Position numbers and translations under genes: made by a program. A stretch of DNA of 64,000 bases, taken from assembly GCF_037042905.1 (NCBI RefSeq), contig NC_087245.1:40116001-40180000 (forward strand), written 5' to 3'. Within the stretch, counting starts at the first letter, position 1. Each line of letters begins with the position of its first letter. Source of the stretch: Lytechinus pictus (Eukaryota). The notes under the pieces are model-generated. The model was not told the origin of the DNA. It saw only the letters and a list, made by a program, of their open reading frames with translations, and searched no databases. Below, piece after piece: positions 26,595-40,999 of this stretch.

Positions 26595-29500
26595 TTATGT
26601 AGCACTGGTCAAAAAATGGATACATGTCAGAATGACAATAATCTCTCTCTGGATTTAAAGTCTGGTCATATATTCATCAATCATCACTATAATGAGAAGG
26701 ATCTGTGATGTGTAGCCGAAACAGACCCTTGGGAGATGCATTAATGAATGTCTTTTAGTTTTGTTTTATGCAATGCAGACACGTACATGCACACCATCAG
26801 ACCTGGCTTCTTCAGCCCAAGTTTTGAACAAAGCCAGTCTGTTTTGCGCTGTGGAAAATTACAAAATCTAAATGAAACATTAATATCTTATGGGTTACAT
26901 CTTTATCACAGGCCCATGCTGTTTCAGTTTGTGTAATATACTGTATCTATATAATTCAACAAAGTGTCATTTAGTCTACTGACCAGTTGGTGAGATACCC
27001 ATTTGTTATCATGACCAGTTGGTCTCATACCCATTAGGTCTTATTGTCATATAGCCTTTAGAATATTTTTTTATCAGTGTAGCAAATGTCGATGGAGGAA
27101 AAGTCGTGTAGCAAAATTTTGTCGCTTGATAGGAGCAAATGTCGCCTCTGCGAAGGTTGCTTAAGCAGACCAAATGTTGCCACAGCAATTGCCGCGGGAG
27201 TAATTGCTGTATTTTTAGAAGCAAATGTCAGTTTCAGACTGCTGATTACAAGTCCTTGTGGAATATTTTTCTGTAAGGTACATGAAAATATGGGAAATTC
27301 CCTTACAAGTCTGGGATTCTGGAAAATTCAATTAAAGAAGTATTTTTCATACAAGTGAGAATGATAAGCATGGATGTACACACACAGAGGCTTTTTTTGT
27401 AAAAGTAAGATTGGGATTTGATTATTGAGTATTTTGCATAGATTTATTTATGGATTTGATTAAAAGATTAATAAGTTAATGGATGATGAAGGGGGTTAGG
27501 AACTTTGTCCAGGATTCAAAATAAAAACAACAGCTTCTGCTGCTAATACAATTTTAATATTGCAATCCTTTTGGTCAGGCAGGAATGGTCAGAGCTTAAT
27601 GGGCCTTTAATCCAAGAAGTCAATTATTCATGGAATACTTTATTCGCAAACTCAGTTTAGAAAAAAAGGTTATGTTTTTAAATTGTATTAACTCATTTTC
27701 AGTAAAAGAGAAAAAAAGTTGAATTGTGAATTAGATTCTGAATCACATTCACTGGAATTGCTAACTTTAATTTTTTTTCAATAAGGTTAGTATTGCCATT
27801 CGGGTTTTTTTTTCGGGGCTCATGCAGTATATGATTAGATCTCATATTTCAGTTCCTCAGTAAATTTAACCATTTCACATTATCACTCTAGCGAAACATT
27901 TTGAAACAGTCTTTTGATGATACATGTATTCTGTTTCAGTTCATTCTATTTTCATCTTTTACAAGCAAAATGATGTGGAATTATTCAACTTGATTTTTTC
28001 ACAACAAGGACATAATTTCATAATATACACCTCGCAGAATTCATAGAAACTGTCTTTCACTCCAAGTACGAGCTTCATTCCTGTCCAGGGGCCCGTAACA
28101 CAAAGCTTAGCAATGATCGTAGTACATTTTTCTACGATTGATTCCTTTGACTACAATGTACAATCAATCGTGAAAATCAAGTGTACAATCAATCGCTACC
28201 CTTTGTGTTACGGGACCCAGATTGTTAACTATTTCCTGATTTGCGCCAGGGCCCTGTAGCGTAGAGATTGATTTTAGCGCTGATTTTTACGATTGATCAG
28301 ACACAATAATCAAAGCAGCAGTCCTAGAAATCAGCCCAACGATCGATCCCTAAGCTCTATTATGTTACGTAAAGCTTTAATAGAAATTGATTGTGGAGCT
28401 GATTTTTTACGATTGATCATACACAATAATCAATGCAGCAATCCTAGAAATCAGCCCAACGATCAATCACTATTTATGTAATACAGGGCCCTGGTCTTCG
28501 TATGACGAGGCAAATGTTATTGATCAAGTTGCTGCTTTGTAATTGCATTGAATTCCATGAAGGTATACCTCCATGTTTAGAATATAAATGAAAATGGAAA
28601 TCCATATTTCATTGTTTGAAGTAGAAATATGAAAAAGAGGTACTCTGAAAATTAATTTTGCCCGATTGATCATGGGCCCTGAAACCACCATGCAGGTCTA
28701 GTCCCATCTTTTAACCTCTTTTGGTCTGACGTGGCCGAGGCTTGAACTCCCGACCTTCCAGTTATGAGACGGACCAACTGAACCAACACACCAGTTGAGT
28801 GTTTTTACTTGTTTTTCAGATAACACTGGATACTTGAGTTTCAAAGCAATGGAGAATATAATATTCTGAAAATCCATGTGTGAAAACGATGCAGCAATAA
28901 TAGGACATGTATGTAATGTAGATGTAGACTTCAAGGCCTGTTGTGTGCACTCGGCTGCCGCCTAATTTATGTGCTAGTATATCGCCATTTTCCATATTTA
29001 CAATGTTTGACTAGTTGTCAATTTTCCAGAGCATGTTTTTAAAGAGCTTGCCACATTAGGCTTACATAAAGCCACCAGGCTTTACACATTTCCCAGGGAT
29101 GAAGATCTCCTGGATGACACTGAAATCACATATTTGTCAGAAAATAAATATAGCGGTGACATTCTAATCCTTGCGTTGAATGTCACATTAATTACTGTGC
29201 TTTGTCAGAGGGAGAAGACACCTGATGGGAGAAGAGCATGGCTGAAGGAGAAAGACGGTGCAGATTGGGTTTTTAGAAGTGATAGAGAACGATGGGAAAT
29301 GCTTCATACTCCCGCAATCAGTCTAGTCTTTCAGGTTGGAGTTGATCGAGAGGGAGTGTGGAGTGGTTTTGGCCGGGGGAAGAGGTGCAGAGAGTTCTGT
29401 TCTTATTTGGGAACAGTGAAGGAAGATGCAGAGACAGATGATAGAAATGTGAAGAAGAGATTGGTGGGGGGGGGGGGCGTGGCAAAAAGGAATAGATCAA

Positions 29501-29879
29501 GAGTAAGGGGGATCTGATCAGTGTGACAGAAAGCGTTATCTGGTGAGAATGTACATACTTGATGTTTAAGTCGGATACAGTACCTCACCACGAGTTTGCT
29601 ATTTTTTCTCTTTTTTTTTCTTCCGAACTATCTAACTCGTGACTTTTTGTTGCATTTTACCAGGATTGAAAAATATTTTTTTAGCCTTGCATACATCAAA
29701 CCTATTCAAACTTAAAAGTCAATTGGCATCGTTCATTTCACCAACTTTTAACTATTTGAAAAGCAGTTCTTGGTCACTTTAACTTATGCTATGTAAACAT
29801 TTTTTTTCTTCAAAATTTTCCATTATCCAGAGGGATTTCTCCTAGCATATTAATACACAGTAAAACCTGCTTTGTGACT

Positions 29880-30237
29880 TAGTCTGCTGTGCAAACCCTT
29901 CACTCGAGTTAAGGGTCTGAATGTGCAGCCTACTCATGCCTTGTGTACTGAAGGCCCTCTCGTTCTAGTCTGCAGGCACAGACCCAGATTAAAACTTTGA
30001 TCAACAAGTGTGTCTCCACGCAGAGACTAGCACATACAAAACTTGAGTGAGAGGGCCTTCAGTACACAAGGCATGAGTAGGCTGCAATTCAGACCCTTTA
30101 CTCGAGTCAAGGGTTTGCTCAGCAGACAACTCTCGCTCAGGAATTGAATTGAAACAGCAAGTTTTGTATGTGCTAGTCTTTGTGTGGAGACACACTTGCT
30201 GATCAAAGTTTCAATCAGGGTCTTTGCCTGCAGACTA
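29880..30237. mobile_element. Academ-like non-autonomous element (TAG...CTA ends, 9-10-bp TSD) with crossed inverted repeats
   Basis: Ends TAGTCTGC...GCAGACTA; CTTTGTGAC(T/C) on both flanks. Confidence 0.7.
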
Positions 30238-30935
30238 CTTTGTGACCACCTGCATTTAGAAGGACCACCTCTCTGTATACACCACTAGTTGGTATCCCTT
30301 GGGTGGTTCTTATGAATTTATTTATTTCATAAAAATTGTATTTATGACATTAATTAGTTACATATGATACATTGTGGTTGTGCCATCACATTAAAAACCT
30401 ATGGCTTGCAAAGCAGTGAAAATATACAAACATAATGAATCATTAAATGAAAACTAACAGTCAAATCTACAATGAGTAATTTACAAACAAACTACAAACA
30501 GTAACAGACAGAACAAAAAATACTTAGAATTGATTGTGTTGTCAAAGAAAATTGTTTTATCATTTCCAAAGCAGTTATACTGAAAGATAATTGAAAGGAG
30601 TTGCAGTAAACACCAATATCACGAGTAGGTCAATAAAACTAAGATTAAATTGTCACTATATGATCTAGATCCGGTACAGTTAAATAAACTGAACTTTGTG
30701 AAATTCTTAAATCTATTAAGCCAAAAAACGATCACACTGTGGATTGCCAACCAACACAGATAAGCACATGTGGAACAGCATATTATTATTGCTTTTAAAG
30801 ATACCAGACATTTGACATTTCCAATGCCTATTATGCCAATTCCTCAGCAATTACTCATTTTTTTAAAATTCAGAATCCTTTGGCACATAATAAATGCAAA
30901 CATGACACTAGGATGGTCATTTCATTAGATTCTAT

Positions 30936-31246
30936 GGCCCGTATTCTGAAGCCGGGTTTAACTTAAACTCAGGTTTAAAGTTGTGGTTGAAGTATGGATA
31001 GCCAATTGTTACATAAATCACTAACAGTAGAGATACCTTATTTCAGCTCATTTGGCTCTCAAATCATTCATAATTGTCTAGGAAGTACAAATAGATGATT
31101 GTCTTCACCATCGATGAATCAGGTAAGAGCACAGTAAACATAATAAACATACAACTTAATAAAAATTTTGACACTTTTGGCTTCCCATAATTTCAGCACA
31201 GAGTTAGACCATGGACTAAGTTATACCTGACTTCAGAATACTGGCC
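30936..31246. mobile_element. Harbinger/Tourist-like MITE, copy 2
   Basis: Same family as 23153..23456; nested in a Kolobok-like element just upstream of exon 31326. Confidence 0.85.
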
Positions 31247-31325
31247 TGTGTGAACTCATTTTGAAGTCGAAACCACAACCAGCATTTATCTTTATTAAAC
31301 AGTCCTTCTGCTTGTCTCTTTTCAG

Positions 31326-31521
31326 TATGTCCAACCTGGTAGCCATGGAGCTGAGGGAGAACTTGCTTAAGGTGCTCCCTGACTCCCTCTCGTTCCTGGT
31401 CAAGCTGGAGACGCTGGATCTGGGAAGCAACGAGCTGGAGGAACTCCCAGAGACCCTCGGAGCTCTACCTAACCTCTCAGAGCTCTGGCTGGACTGTAAT
31501 CAACTCACCATCCTCCCACCG
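31326..31521 (+). CDS. scrib: Scribble exon, LRR (MSNLVAMELRENLLKVLPDSLSFLVKLETLDLGSNELEELPETLGALPNLSELWLDCNQLTILPP)
   Basis: tttcag| ... CCG|gtgagt; 196 nt; within ORF 31261..31533. Confidence 0.96.
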
Positions 31522-32368
31522 GTGAGTTCTTGAATCAATCCTAGATATCTTTCTTGCAAAATATTTATTGTCGCTGAGCTGTTAATACCCTGTATCTCAA
31601 AATAAAAAAAACAAGGGTATCTTGGAAAAAAAAAAAGTATTTCAGAATAATGGCAATTATGGCAAACTAACCTTGCCTGAAAACAGTTTCCTTATTCAGG
31701 TAATTGAACCCTTTGTAAGCAAAAGAAGGTTGCCGCTTGTGTCATGCTCTGAAACAGAGCTTTTTCTGAGTGGTCCTCAACATATATTGATTTTGATTTA
31801 TGTAGTTTTTACAGCCCAATGACGACATGGTAGATTGGGATACAACTTTGAATGATAGGATGAGAAGTGGGAATTTTACCAGTGCCCTGGGAATTAAATG
31901 TTTACAGTCATTCTCATGATCAATTGGATGGTATTTGCAATCTACAGGGCATTGTGTAATAGGAGAAGGAAGCAATAGCAAGAAACTCACCTTCAATATG
32001 AAATCAAGCGCAATTAGGCCTAAGTCTGTTGATTTAACTCAAATTTGTTTGTTGAGTTGCATTCAATCGCAACACAACTTTCTTGCAACGGCCAATCATG
32101 TCTGAATTTTAAACTTAAGCTTGATTTTTGATTGAACATATTAAAGTTTCTTGCATTACCCCTATTCAAGTATCAAGTAACTTTCCTCTTGCAACTCTTT
32201 TGTGTATTGTGTGGTGTTATGTCAAAATTCTTTATGATTGAAATAAGAAAAACAAAGATGTTATACAGATCATGTTGTGATATTTATCACAACACAACAC
32301 CTGGATTTGGAGTGATAAATGTAGATAAATGCCTTGCCAAAAGATGTGAGTGCTGTCATGGGCTTTGA

Positions 32369-32972
<604 letters not shown>

Positions 32973-35900
32973 CGATGAATTTGATTTGGTCCTCAGAAGC
33001 AATGGGAGCCGTCACAGCCGTGCCAGTATTGGTACTGCTCTTCCAGTAGGCTTTGCCATTTTACCTTATCATTGGAAAATAGTTCAATCGTAAACTTTGG
33101 TGGTGGGGGGGGGGGCGAGATTGGACACAGCTATTTGCAGAAGGTTGAAACCTTTAGGCCTGTCGTACAAGCAGCTACACCCATCACCAATATACCACAG
33201 TCCTCCTTTGCCAGTCATAGGAGACCTTTTTGTTTTCTGGTTGTGTAGTTTGAAGCATTACCCGCTGCATCAAGCATCTTGATAGGCATGTTGATTGGAG
33301 CTGTAGCTATTTTCAGGCTGCGAATTCATTTCCATACAGACATGTATCAAGGGAACTTTATTTTTGTTTATTCTTTCAATGAACATCCTTCAATATATAT
33401 TTCCTGGATTTACCAAGATGTAGCTTTATCTAGGAAATATGTAAACCTGGAAGGCAAAGAATCTCAATTCTATGAAAAGAATAATTCAGGTATTAGGCTA
33501 TACCTATAGGTATGAAATAACTCAGAGGAGTTCTGAGATGGATGTCAGATACACAGACAATTTTAAAGGATCCAATACGAATAGAATTGCCAGTAAATCC
33601 TTGTGTTGGCATTGCTCAGAGGAACTGTCCAGGAATTGAGGACATCTTTATCTCTCAGAACTACCTTCAGAATTTCCTGCTGGGAAGCATTTAGTTTAGT
33701 AACACCAAGATTTCAAAGCACCCACTCCTCTTGCGAACCAGTGATTGCAATGTTGATGAAAGATATACACAGAGCTTTCTGTACGCAATCGAAAGTTTAC
33801 AGACTCGCTGTTTCCTTTGACAGCATGTCAAACTCTCCTAAACAATCTGTGCCGGTATGTGGTACACCTATTCAATTTTAGGTAAAGAGACAGATCTTTT
33901 GATAAAACTAACCGGGTTCCTGTAACACAAAGTTTGATTGTCAGGCTCATTTTTATGTTTGATTTTATACACAATAATCAATGACATCAATCCTAGAAAT
34001 CGGCCCTATAATCAATTGCTAAGTTCTGTGTTACAGGACCCAGGGTCCTGTTTCATAAAATAGCATATCAATGGCAGGGTAAACTTCTCCTGAAATAGTG
34101 CTATTTCATATGCAAAGAACAAATTTTATCTTGACAGATTTGTAGCATTTTGATCAAAATTATGATAATGATATAAGGAATAAGTATTTCTATCGAGCAC
34201 TTTCTGATAAATTATTACTCAAGACACTACATATAAAATAAAAAGTACATGGGACATAATCATAACCATAACCATAAACATATTCCGATCGATTAACACC
34301 ATTGAGATAGAAAACTAAAACAACACTGAAACTTAAATCCGACGTACAGCCAAAGATTGTCTTTTCATATATATATATATATATTTTTTAAAATACAGAA
34401 ATGAGTGCCCTGTCTGTATTTTGCAATAAATATTTGCAGACCTGTTGATGTGTCTTATGTCTACTATGACCATTGCCATATCAATTATCCATGTTCTTTT
34501 ATGTATTTTTTTGTCTGAGAGCTTAATTAGGCAGAGAGTCAACCTTAAAATGTTATTAATAATGTGCAGTATGGATTCCCTAAATCAAGTAGGCATTTTA
34601 TCTTTCCTGGGCTCCGTAACACAAAGGTTTGCAATCAATCACTAAATACCAATGACCAATCAAGATCATCGTTGCATGTGCACTATGTTTAAAATACTGA
34701 CTGGGAGCCAATCAGTGCGGTTCTTTCATATTTGCAATTCACCGCAAACCTTTGTGTTACAGAGCCCTGGAAAGCTTTGTAGGTCGTGTCCCACCTCCTG
34801 AAAAGCTGGCTTTCAAGGGAAAGGGAGACGTTCACCCTGTCAATAAGTTGGATTTGACAAAAGTGGTTTTAAAAAATGAAAAAATATTGGTAGGGATTTG
34901 ATGAAAGTTTTTTTTTTAAAGTTTTTATTTCTTATGTCACAGGAGCAGCCCCTCCATATTCTGTGTCATATCATATAGATTCCCCAAAATGCAATTTTCT
35001 TAAAACAATTAAAAGTAATTTTATTGGACAAGGGATATATTGTCAGACAAATCCTTTCATACCCTTTCGAAAAAAAAATGATGTTCCATTCAGAGAGTGG
35101 ATTTTATGGAATTCGTATTAAATTTTGTGGAGCTGCTCGCCTATGATGTCACAAATTATAAAAGTTTGATAATTCATATTTTCATTGTCTTTGTAATTGC
35201 ATCAAACCTTCACCAATTTTTTTTTCCTGCTTTTTTTTCAAATTAAAACTAACTTTATATCAGGGTGCACAACATACAATTTTCATGTTCTGAAATCAGA
35301 ATTGCTTGGAATAGTTAATGAAAGTTTATTTAAGAAGCAGCTAAAATGAAAGTTTATTTAAGAAGCAGCTTATTTTGGGCATTTTTTTAAATAGAGAATT
35401 GATTAAGTGACTTTTTTCTCTAATAGAACTTTATATTTGGGGGAAATATAGACACAGCTAATTCCATGAGAATGTAGAATTTTATCATGTTGATTTGTCT
35501 GTTAATGTAGGGAGGCAACTCAATACAAAAAAAGAAAACAAAAAAATACACTATACAAATTTAAAATTCATTCATTTGTATACATTTATTTCATTCAGAT
35601 TGAAAAATCAAAATAGAGTATATGTACAAACATGTTGATATAAAGACACACAAGAAATATAAAATGGCTGCTATGGCAGGTATGCCTTATTTTCAATATC
35701 TCCTTGCTACATGTGAAAATATTCCAAGGCAGTATTATCAAAATCAATCCCCCTACCTTTCTCCTCCATTCAGTAAGGCCGGGTGGTTTGTTTATTTCGA
35801 TAACACCCCAGGCTGCATTTGGCATTACATCTCCCGGAAAGGGATCAGCCTAGTGTTGGGGAGAAATAAAGTGTGAAATTGGGACATACTCATCAAATAC

Positions 35901-36689
35901 CAAGTAGAATATTGAGATGTACCTCGGTATTGAAGATATGAAAATACCTCTGAGATTTAGAAGAAGAATACTCAGAAAGAGGCTTTAGCTTTTCTTCTGT
36001 GAATAGTGAATAAAGAACGAGAGCTTCAGGCAATCAGGGAAGGGTTGAAGTATGGATCGTGCTCGGATTATATCTTTCTTCTTTTTACGGACAGAATGTT
36101 TGTATTTCCTTGTTTTGAACTTGGTTATCATATCTGCGGAAGTTTCCTTTTTTTCCGTCTTGTATTGTTATGCTCCTAGTAGCCCTAAGCTTTAATAAAA
36201 TCATTATTGTCTTGAGTTCTTGATCACGCTCGTCTGAATTCACAAAGGTGGATTTGATTCTCTCAGCTGAAGTAATTGTTTATGCAGATTTCATGCATAA
36301 TTATAATTCAGCGCATGTATTGAGAAAGAGTTGTATGCTTTGGTTGCAAGGTGCTATTTTAATAAAATTACCTTTTGAACATCAATGCATTGTAATATTT
36401 TACACCTGGTTTCATGCTATAGATAGAGATAAAGAAATGGAAAGTGATACTCGAGTGAAGAATAGATTGTTACATTATGTCTTAAAATCACACACAGAGT
36501 ATTTCCCTGTTGATGAAATTTAAAGAAATTATCTGTTTGGTTTTGATCAGGTAATACATCAACCTGATATTGCATTACAATCTGAAAATTTGAGAGTGGT
36601 TGTTAATTCATTTATTCAATTGAATTAATGACAAGGTCATTCTTCCCTTATCATTGCCTCTCAAAGTGCGCCTCTTTGATTGACCCAGT

Positions 36690-36878
36690 TGATAATGGTT
36701 GTTGTGGTGATGATTATGGAAGTGATTTTATTGTTGATGATGCTAATGATGATGGTGCTGCTGTTGCTAATGATGATAAAGATGATAAGGAGGCGGAGGA
36801 TGATGATAATGATGATGATACTGATGGTGATGGTGGTGGTGGTGGTGATGATCGTGGTGATGATGATGGTGATGATGG

Positions 36879-36909
<31 letters not shown>

Positions 36910-37022
36910 GGTGATGATGATGTTGACGATGATAATGGTGATGATGATGATAAGGGAGAGGATGATGATGGTGGTGATGATGAGTACTATGATGATGATG
37001 ATGATTGTTATGAGGATGAACA
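36690..37022. repeat. (GAT/GGT)n trinucleotide microsatellite
   Basis: About 330 nt of imperfect GAT repeats; source of the poly-D, poly-M and poly-I ORFs. Confidence 0.95.
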
Positions 37023-37713
37023 TTAATAATGAAGAAGTTTATTTTCTATCACTTTTTATGTGTAGAGAAAACATTCTAAGGTATCTGTCAATACTCACAT
37101 ACTTGCATGTATCACATTAATACTACGAAAATTTGTAATATTCTACACCCTCTCTCTCTACAGCTGTCTGTAGAAAGTACAGGAAGGGCAATGAATTACA
37201 TTTGTGCCAACTGTTCAAACATGAATAAATTATGAATCATTTGTTCAAGATAAATGCCAGTTGCGGTAATGATTTCAAAATTAGTTTAAACAGAATCCAA
37301 TCAGTGTCTGTATGTATGAATTAAAAAAAATATGTGCCAAGGGAGTCAGGAAGAAATTGTATAATTGCTGAGGAATTAGCAAAATTAGCATGACATCCCA
37401 TCGCAACGTCTGGTCTTTTTCCAAACAATAACAATACTCTGTCCCACATGTCCTTATATGTGTTAGCGATGTTTAGTGTGATCATACGTTTGTATTTCAC
37501 CATAGATTTCATGATTTCAAATTCACTTTAAGTAACTGAAAGTACCAGAGCAACATCTACATGTACATGTAGGATGATAAAGTGATAATTAACCTTGATT
37601 TTTACGGATATCAGTGTTTACTGCAACAATGTATGTAATGAATAATGTTTAGAATCTTTCTGTGATAGTACATTGACCTATCATTCCATATCTGTATTTA
37701 CATTTCCCCTTAG

Positions 37714-37786
37714 GTAAATTGAAAGAGCTGAGCATCCTCAAAATAGACCAGAATAGACTAATTACCCTCACACCAGCAATTGGGAG
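37714..37786 (+). CDS. scrib: Scribble exon, LRR (KLKELSILKIDQNRLITLTPAIGS)
   Basis: cccttag| ... AG|gtaagt; 73 nt, phase 1->2. Confidence 0.93.
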
Positions 37787-38882
37787 GTAAGTCTTAAAGG
37801 ATTGTGTTGCATGTGGGAAATAGATTTCAGAGAATGATATGTTATTTTCTGTCTCTTTGTTTCTATAATCAATTAAAATGAAATCACTTTAATGTATCTG
37901 TATGTTTTATTCCATGTATTTATAATACTTAGTACTTTATTTATTCATTTATGTATGATGATAATGATGATGATAAAGAAGGTGATGATAAATAATATAA
38001 AAATTAAGTATAATAATGATAACAATCTTAAGTTTGTTTTTGTGTACAAATAAATGTTTCTGTCTCTTTTATAAAAATCATGTTGTGTACAAGGTTTTTC
38101 CTACTTAATCCCTGAAATAGAAAATTTAAATATTTTGTTGAAAAAAAAGATCACCCAAATACTCTTATGTTCTCCAGCTTATCTCCTAATGTGCCAGTAT
38201 TTCATCTTTGCAATTTCACTGCATGACATGAAAACATTTGAAAGGTTGCAGTGGATTTACTTGTAAATAAGCTCCTGTAAACAGCTGGATACATTTCAGC
38301 GGTTCGCTATAGATAGCATTGATTTAATAAAGTCTTTGTAATATGAAACCTTATATTTTTATCATTCTTAATTTCAATTTATCACCTCGTGTATTGTATC
38401 ATTTCTTTTATTTCACTGATCCTTATCAATCTGCCCTCTGGAGGATTGCATTGTCTTTTGAGATGTGTCCAAAATAAACTGGTTCTATTAGGATTATAAA
38501 AATAGACACATTATGGCATGTATATAGCATGCAGAAAACATATATCTCATAGTTGAATGTAGTTCAACTTTGATATGTTATTAAAATTAGTAATAATCTC
38601 GGTGTTTGTAAAGGGCTTAAGGCATACAATATAGATATCTAAGGCCTAACGGATTTATTATCAACCTGGTCATCAGAATCAATCAAGACTTCATTCCAGG
38701 GGAGTATTCCAAGCAGTTGCCCTGTTGGGCGCTTCTGTTTGCTGGACAAGCTACAATGATTATAGAAGAATCTTTCCTCATTCTTATTATCTATATTGCT
38801 CTAAAGTAGTCATAATGCTATTGTTTTTTATTTTAGTTTTCTAAGATCATATTAGTATTGTTTTATTTCCTTTGCTTTACAG

Positions 38883-38928
38883 CTGTGAAAACATGCAAGA
38901 GCTTATTCTGACAGAGAACTTATTACAG
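38883..38928 (+). CDS. scrib: Scribble exon, LRR (CENMQELILTENLLQ)
   Basis: tttacag| ... CAG|gtgagt; 46 nt, phase 2->0. Confidence 0.92.
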
Positions 38929-39552
38929 GTGAGTTTATTACACAATATTAATTACACAAAATACATATTAAATAATATAAATATCATATAAATATTTCGC
39001 CCTTATTTTGACGTCAGTGGCTGATCATAAGAATTTTGTTATTGATTGTGCATTGAAGCTAATACAATCAATCATAAAAAAACAAGTTTACAATCAAATG
39101 CTTAGTTTGTGTTATGAGGCCCAGGTATTACACTCGCTCTCCAATCTATTATACCTATAAGCAATTCCAATATGGAATGACATATCTAGCTTTTTGGGAG
39201 TCCAAAGTCTGTATTGAGGGTCATGACATTCACTGTCAAAGAGGACAAAACAAAGAGCAGCTGTTTCTGCTTTTAAATCACTTTGTGTGTCTTTGGTGAT
39301 ACTTTGGCCGACACAGGAAAGGGTGTCTAGGCCGATAGGACAATCTGAAAGCCATATGATGTTATCATCGGCATTGATTGCAATTACAGGAATGAGATAT
39401 GAGGTTTCAGTGGATAATTCAAGTATACCTTTACATAAAGACCCCCAAGGGAGACAAGAAAATCAGTCTTTATGAACAGGTTGCTTTTAAAAGAAGACAG
39501 AAACCGGCAGCCCTTAACAGCGCCACCTCAAGTCTTCAGCTACTCACATCTG

Positions 39553-39822
39553 GGCCCCGTCTTACAAAGAGTAACGATCGACCCAATCAATCGTAACTCT
39601 ATGGAAATCCATCAGTGTCATAATTTTTTCTACAGGAAATTTGCAAAAGTCCTCTGTAAACAAAGGAGAACACACCAAATTGTCAAGAAATAAAGGAATT
39701 TATCGACATACATTCATATCTAGAATTTTTTTTGAACAAACATGCATTTTATATGTTGACCTGGCTTGCTTTCCATAGTTGCGATTGATCGGATCAATCA
39801 CAACTCTTTGTAAGACGGGCCC
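39553..39822. mobile_element. Harbinger-like MITE (GGCCCCGTCTTACAAA), copy 2
   Basis: TIRs, CTG TSD, homologous to 24316..24578. Confidence 0.8.
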
Positions 39823-40684
39823 CTGGGGAGCGTTTTATCAACATTTTCGTCTGACAGGTTGTCGGATCTGACAACTTTCCTTGATGTTGATTGGCTAAGA
39901 AGCACTGTTACTATGGTAGCTGTCAGATAAAATGGGACTAGTCGGATAATCCTACAGTGTGAAATGAAACTGGCTAAGCAAAAAGTATGGGGTTAACAAA
40001 GACAGTGCGAAACCCCCCAAAAAAGAAGATAGTATGGGGTTAAAGATAGTATGGGGTTAAGAAAATGCAGTGTGAAAAGCATATAGAAGGGGTTGGGACA
40101 CAATTAGATGCACCATGGAGGAGGTTGTAATGAAAACATGTCATACGCCCCCTTTCAATGAAATTATCCTAGCAATACCCCCAATTCTATACATGTGGAA
40201 TGTATTTGATTGATCAATGTCTTCGTTGTGATTTAAATGATGAAAATATATGTTTTACACACCCCCTCATTCAAATTATCACCACAATGCCCCTGATTCT
40301 ATGAGGTGCATTTTTAATACCAATTTGTTATTTGTTATACTCTATTGGTATTATTTTGCTCACATTTAAACTGAGTTTTACATAAATTTCATCCGTACAA
40401 AATCATTTATTAACAACAACTTTGGTTCACTTAAATGGATAAATAGAATATGTTTGCAGGTTATTTCAAGTTCAAGTTTATTTAAACCTATCAAACAAGA
40501 GACATATTACATAGTTTAACAGAAAATAATGATACATGTAGGTTTGGGACCCGATAGAAGCAGAGATTGTAAAAGGTACCTCATACAGTGCATAATGATA
40601 AATCGGTGATACGAAAGGCGGTTCTTGGAAGGACCCTTTCGTGCAATCGGCCCCAGGGTCTCTTGAAGTTTTATGTTTTAAGTG

Positions 40685-40999
40685 TAATAATGATAATAGT
40701 AATAATACACAGTTCTTGTTTAGTGCATATCACAATTATGAATAATGTCTCTATGCACTTCTAAAGGACTTGGATATTATTACCCAAGCTGTAGCTTGGC
40801 AGCCGTAATTACTAAGATTACAGCCCACACGCATTTCAAGGAATAAATTCCTGCCAGGTACCCATTCACCTCACCTGGGTTGAGTGCAGCACAATGTGGA
40901 TTAATTTCTTGCCAAAGGAAATTGCGCCATGGCTGGGATTCGAACCCACGACCCTCTGTTTCAAAGTCCGAAGACTAATCCACTGGGCCACAATGCTCC
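40685..40999 (-). mobile_element. tRNA-derived SINE, near full length
   Basis: - strand head ggagcattgTGGCCCAGTGGattagtcttcggactttgaaacagagggtcgtgGGTTCGAATCCc (Pol III A/B boxes), core and (TTA)n-type tail; partial copies about 32300-32420 and 53298-53427. Confidence 0.85.

Noticed and set aside
29134..29517. 127-aa ORF
   Set aside because: Purine/G-rich low-complexity sequence with a non-ATG start; no homology recognised.
36628..37120. Long poly-Asp, poly-Met and poly-Ile ORFs
   Set aside because: They are by-products of a (GAT)n microsatellite; no splice context fits the Scribble frame.
40925..40999. tRNA gene (TTG anticodon-like) on - strand; similar at 61815..61890 and about 28730..28790
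   Set aside because: The heads at 40925 and 61815 continue into a shared SINE core and AAT tail; 28730 is a degenerate head only; no intact cloverleaf or poly-T terminator.
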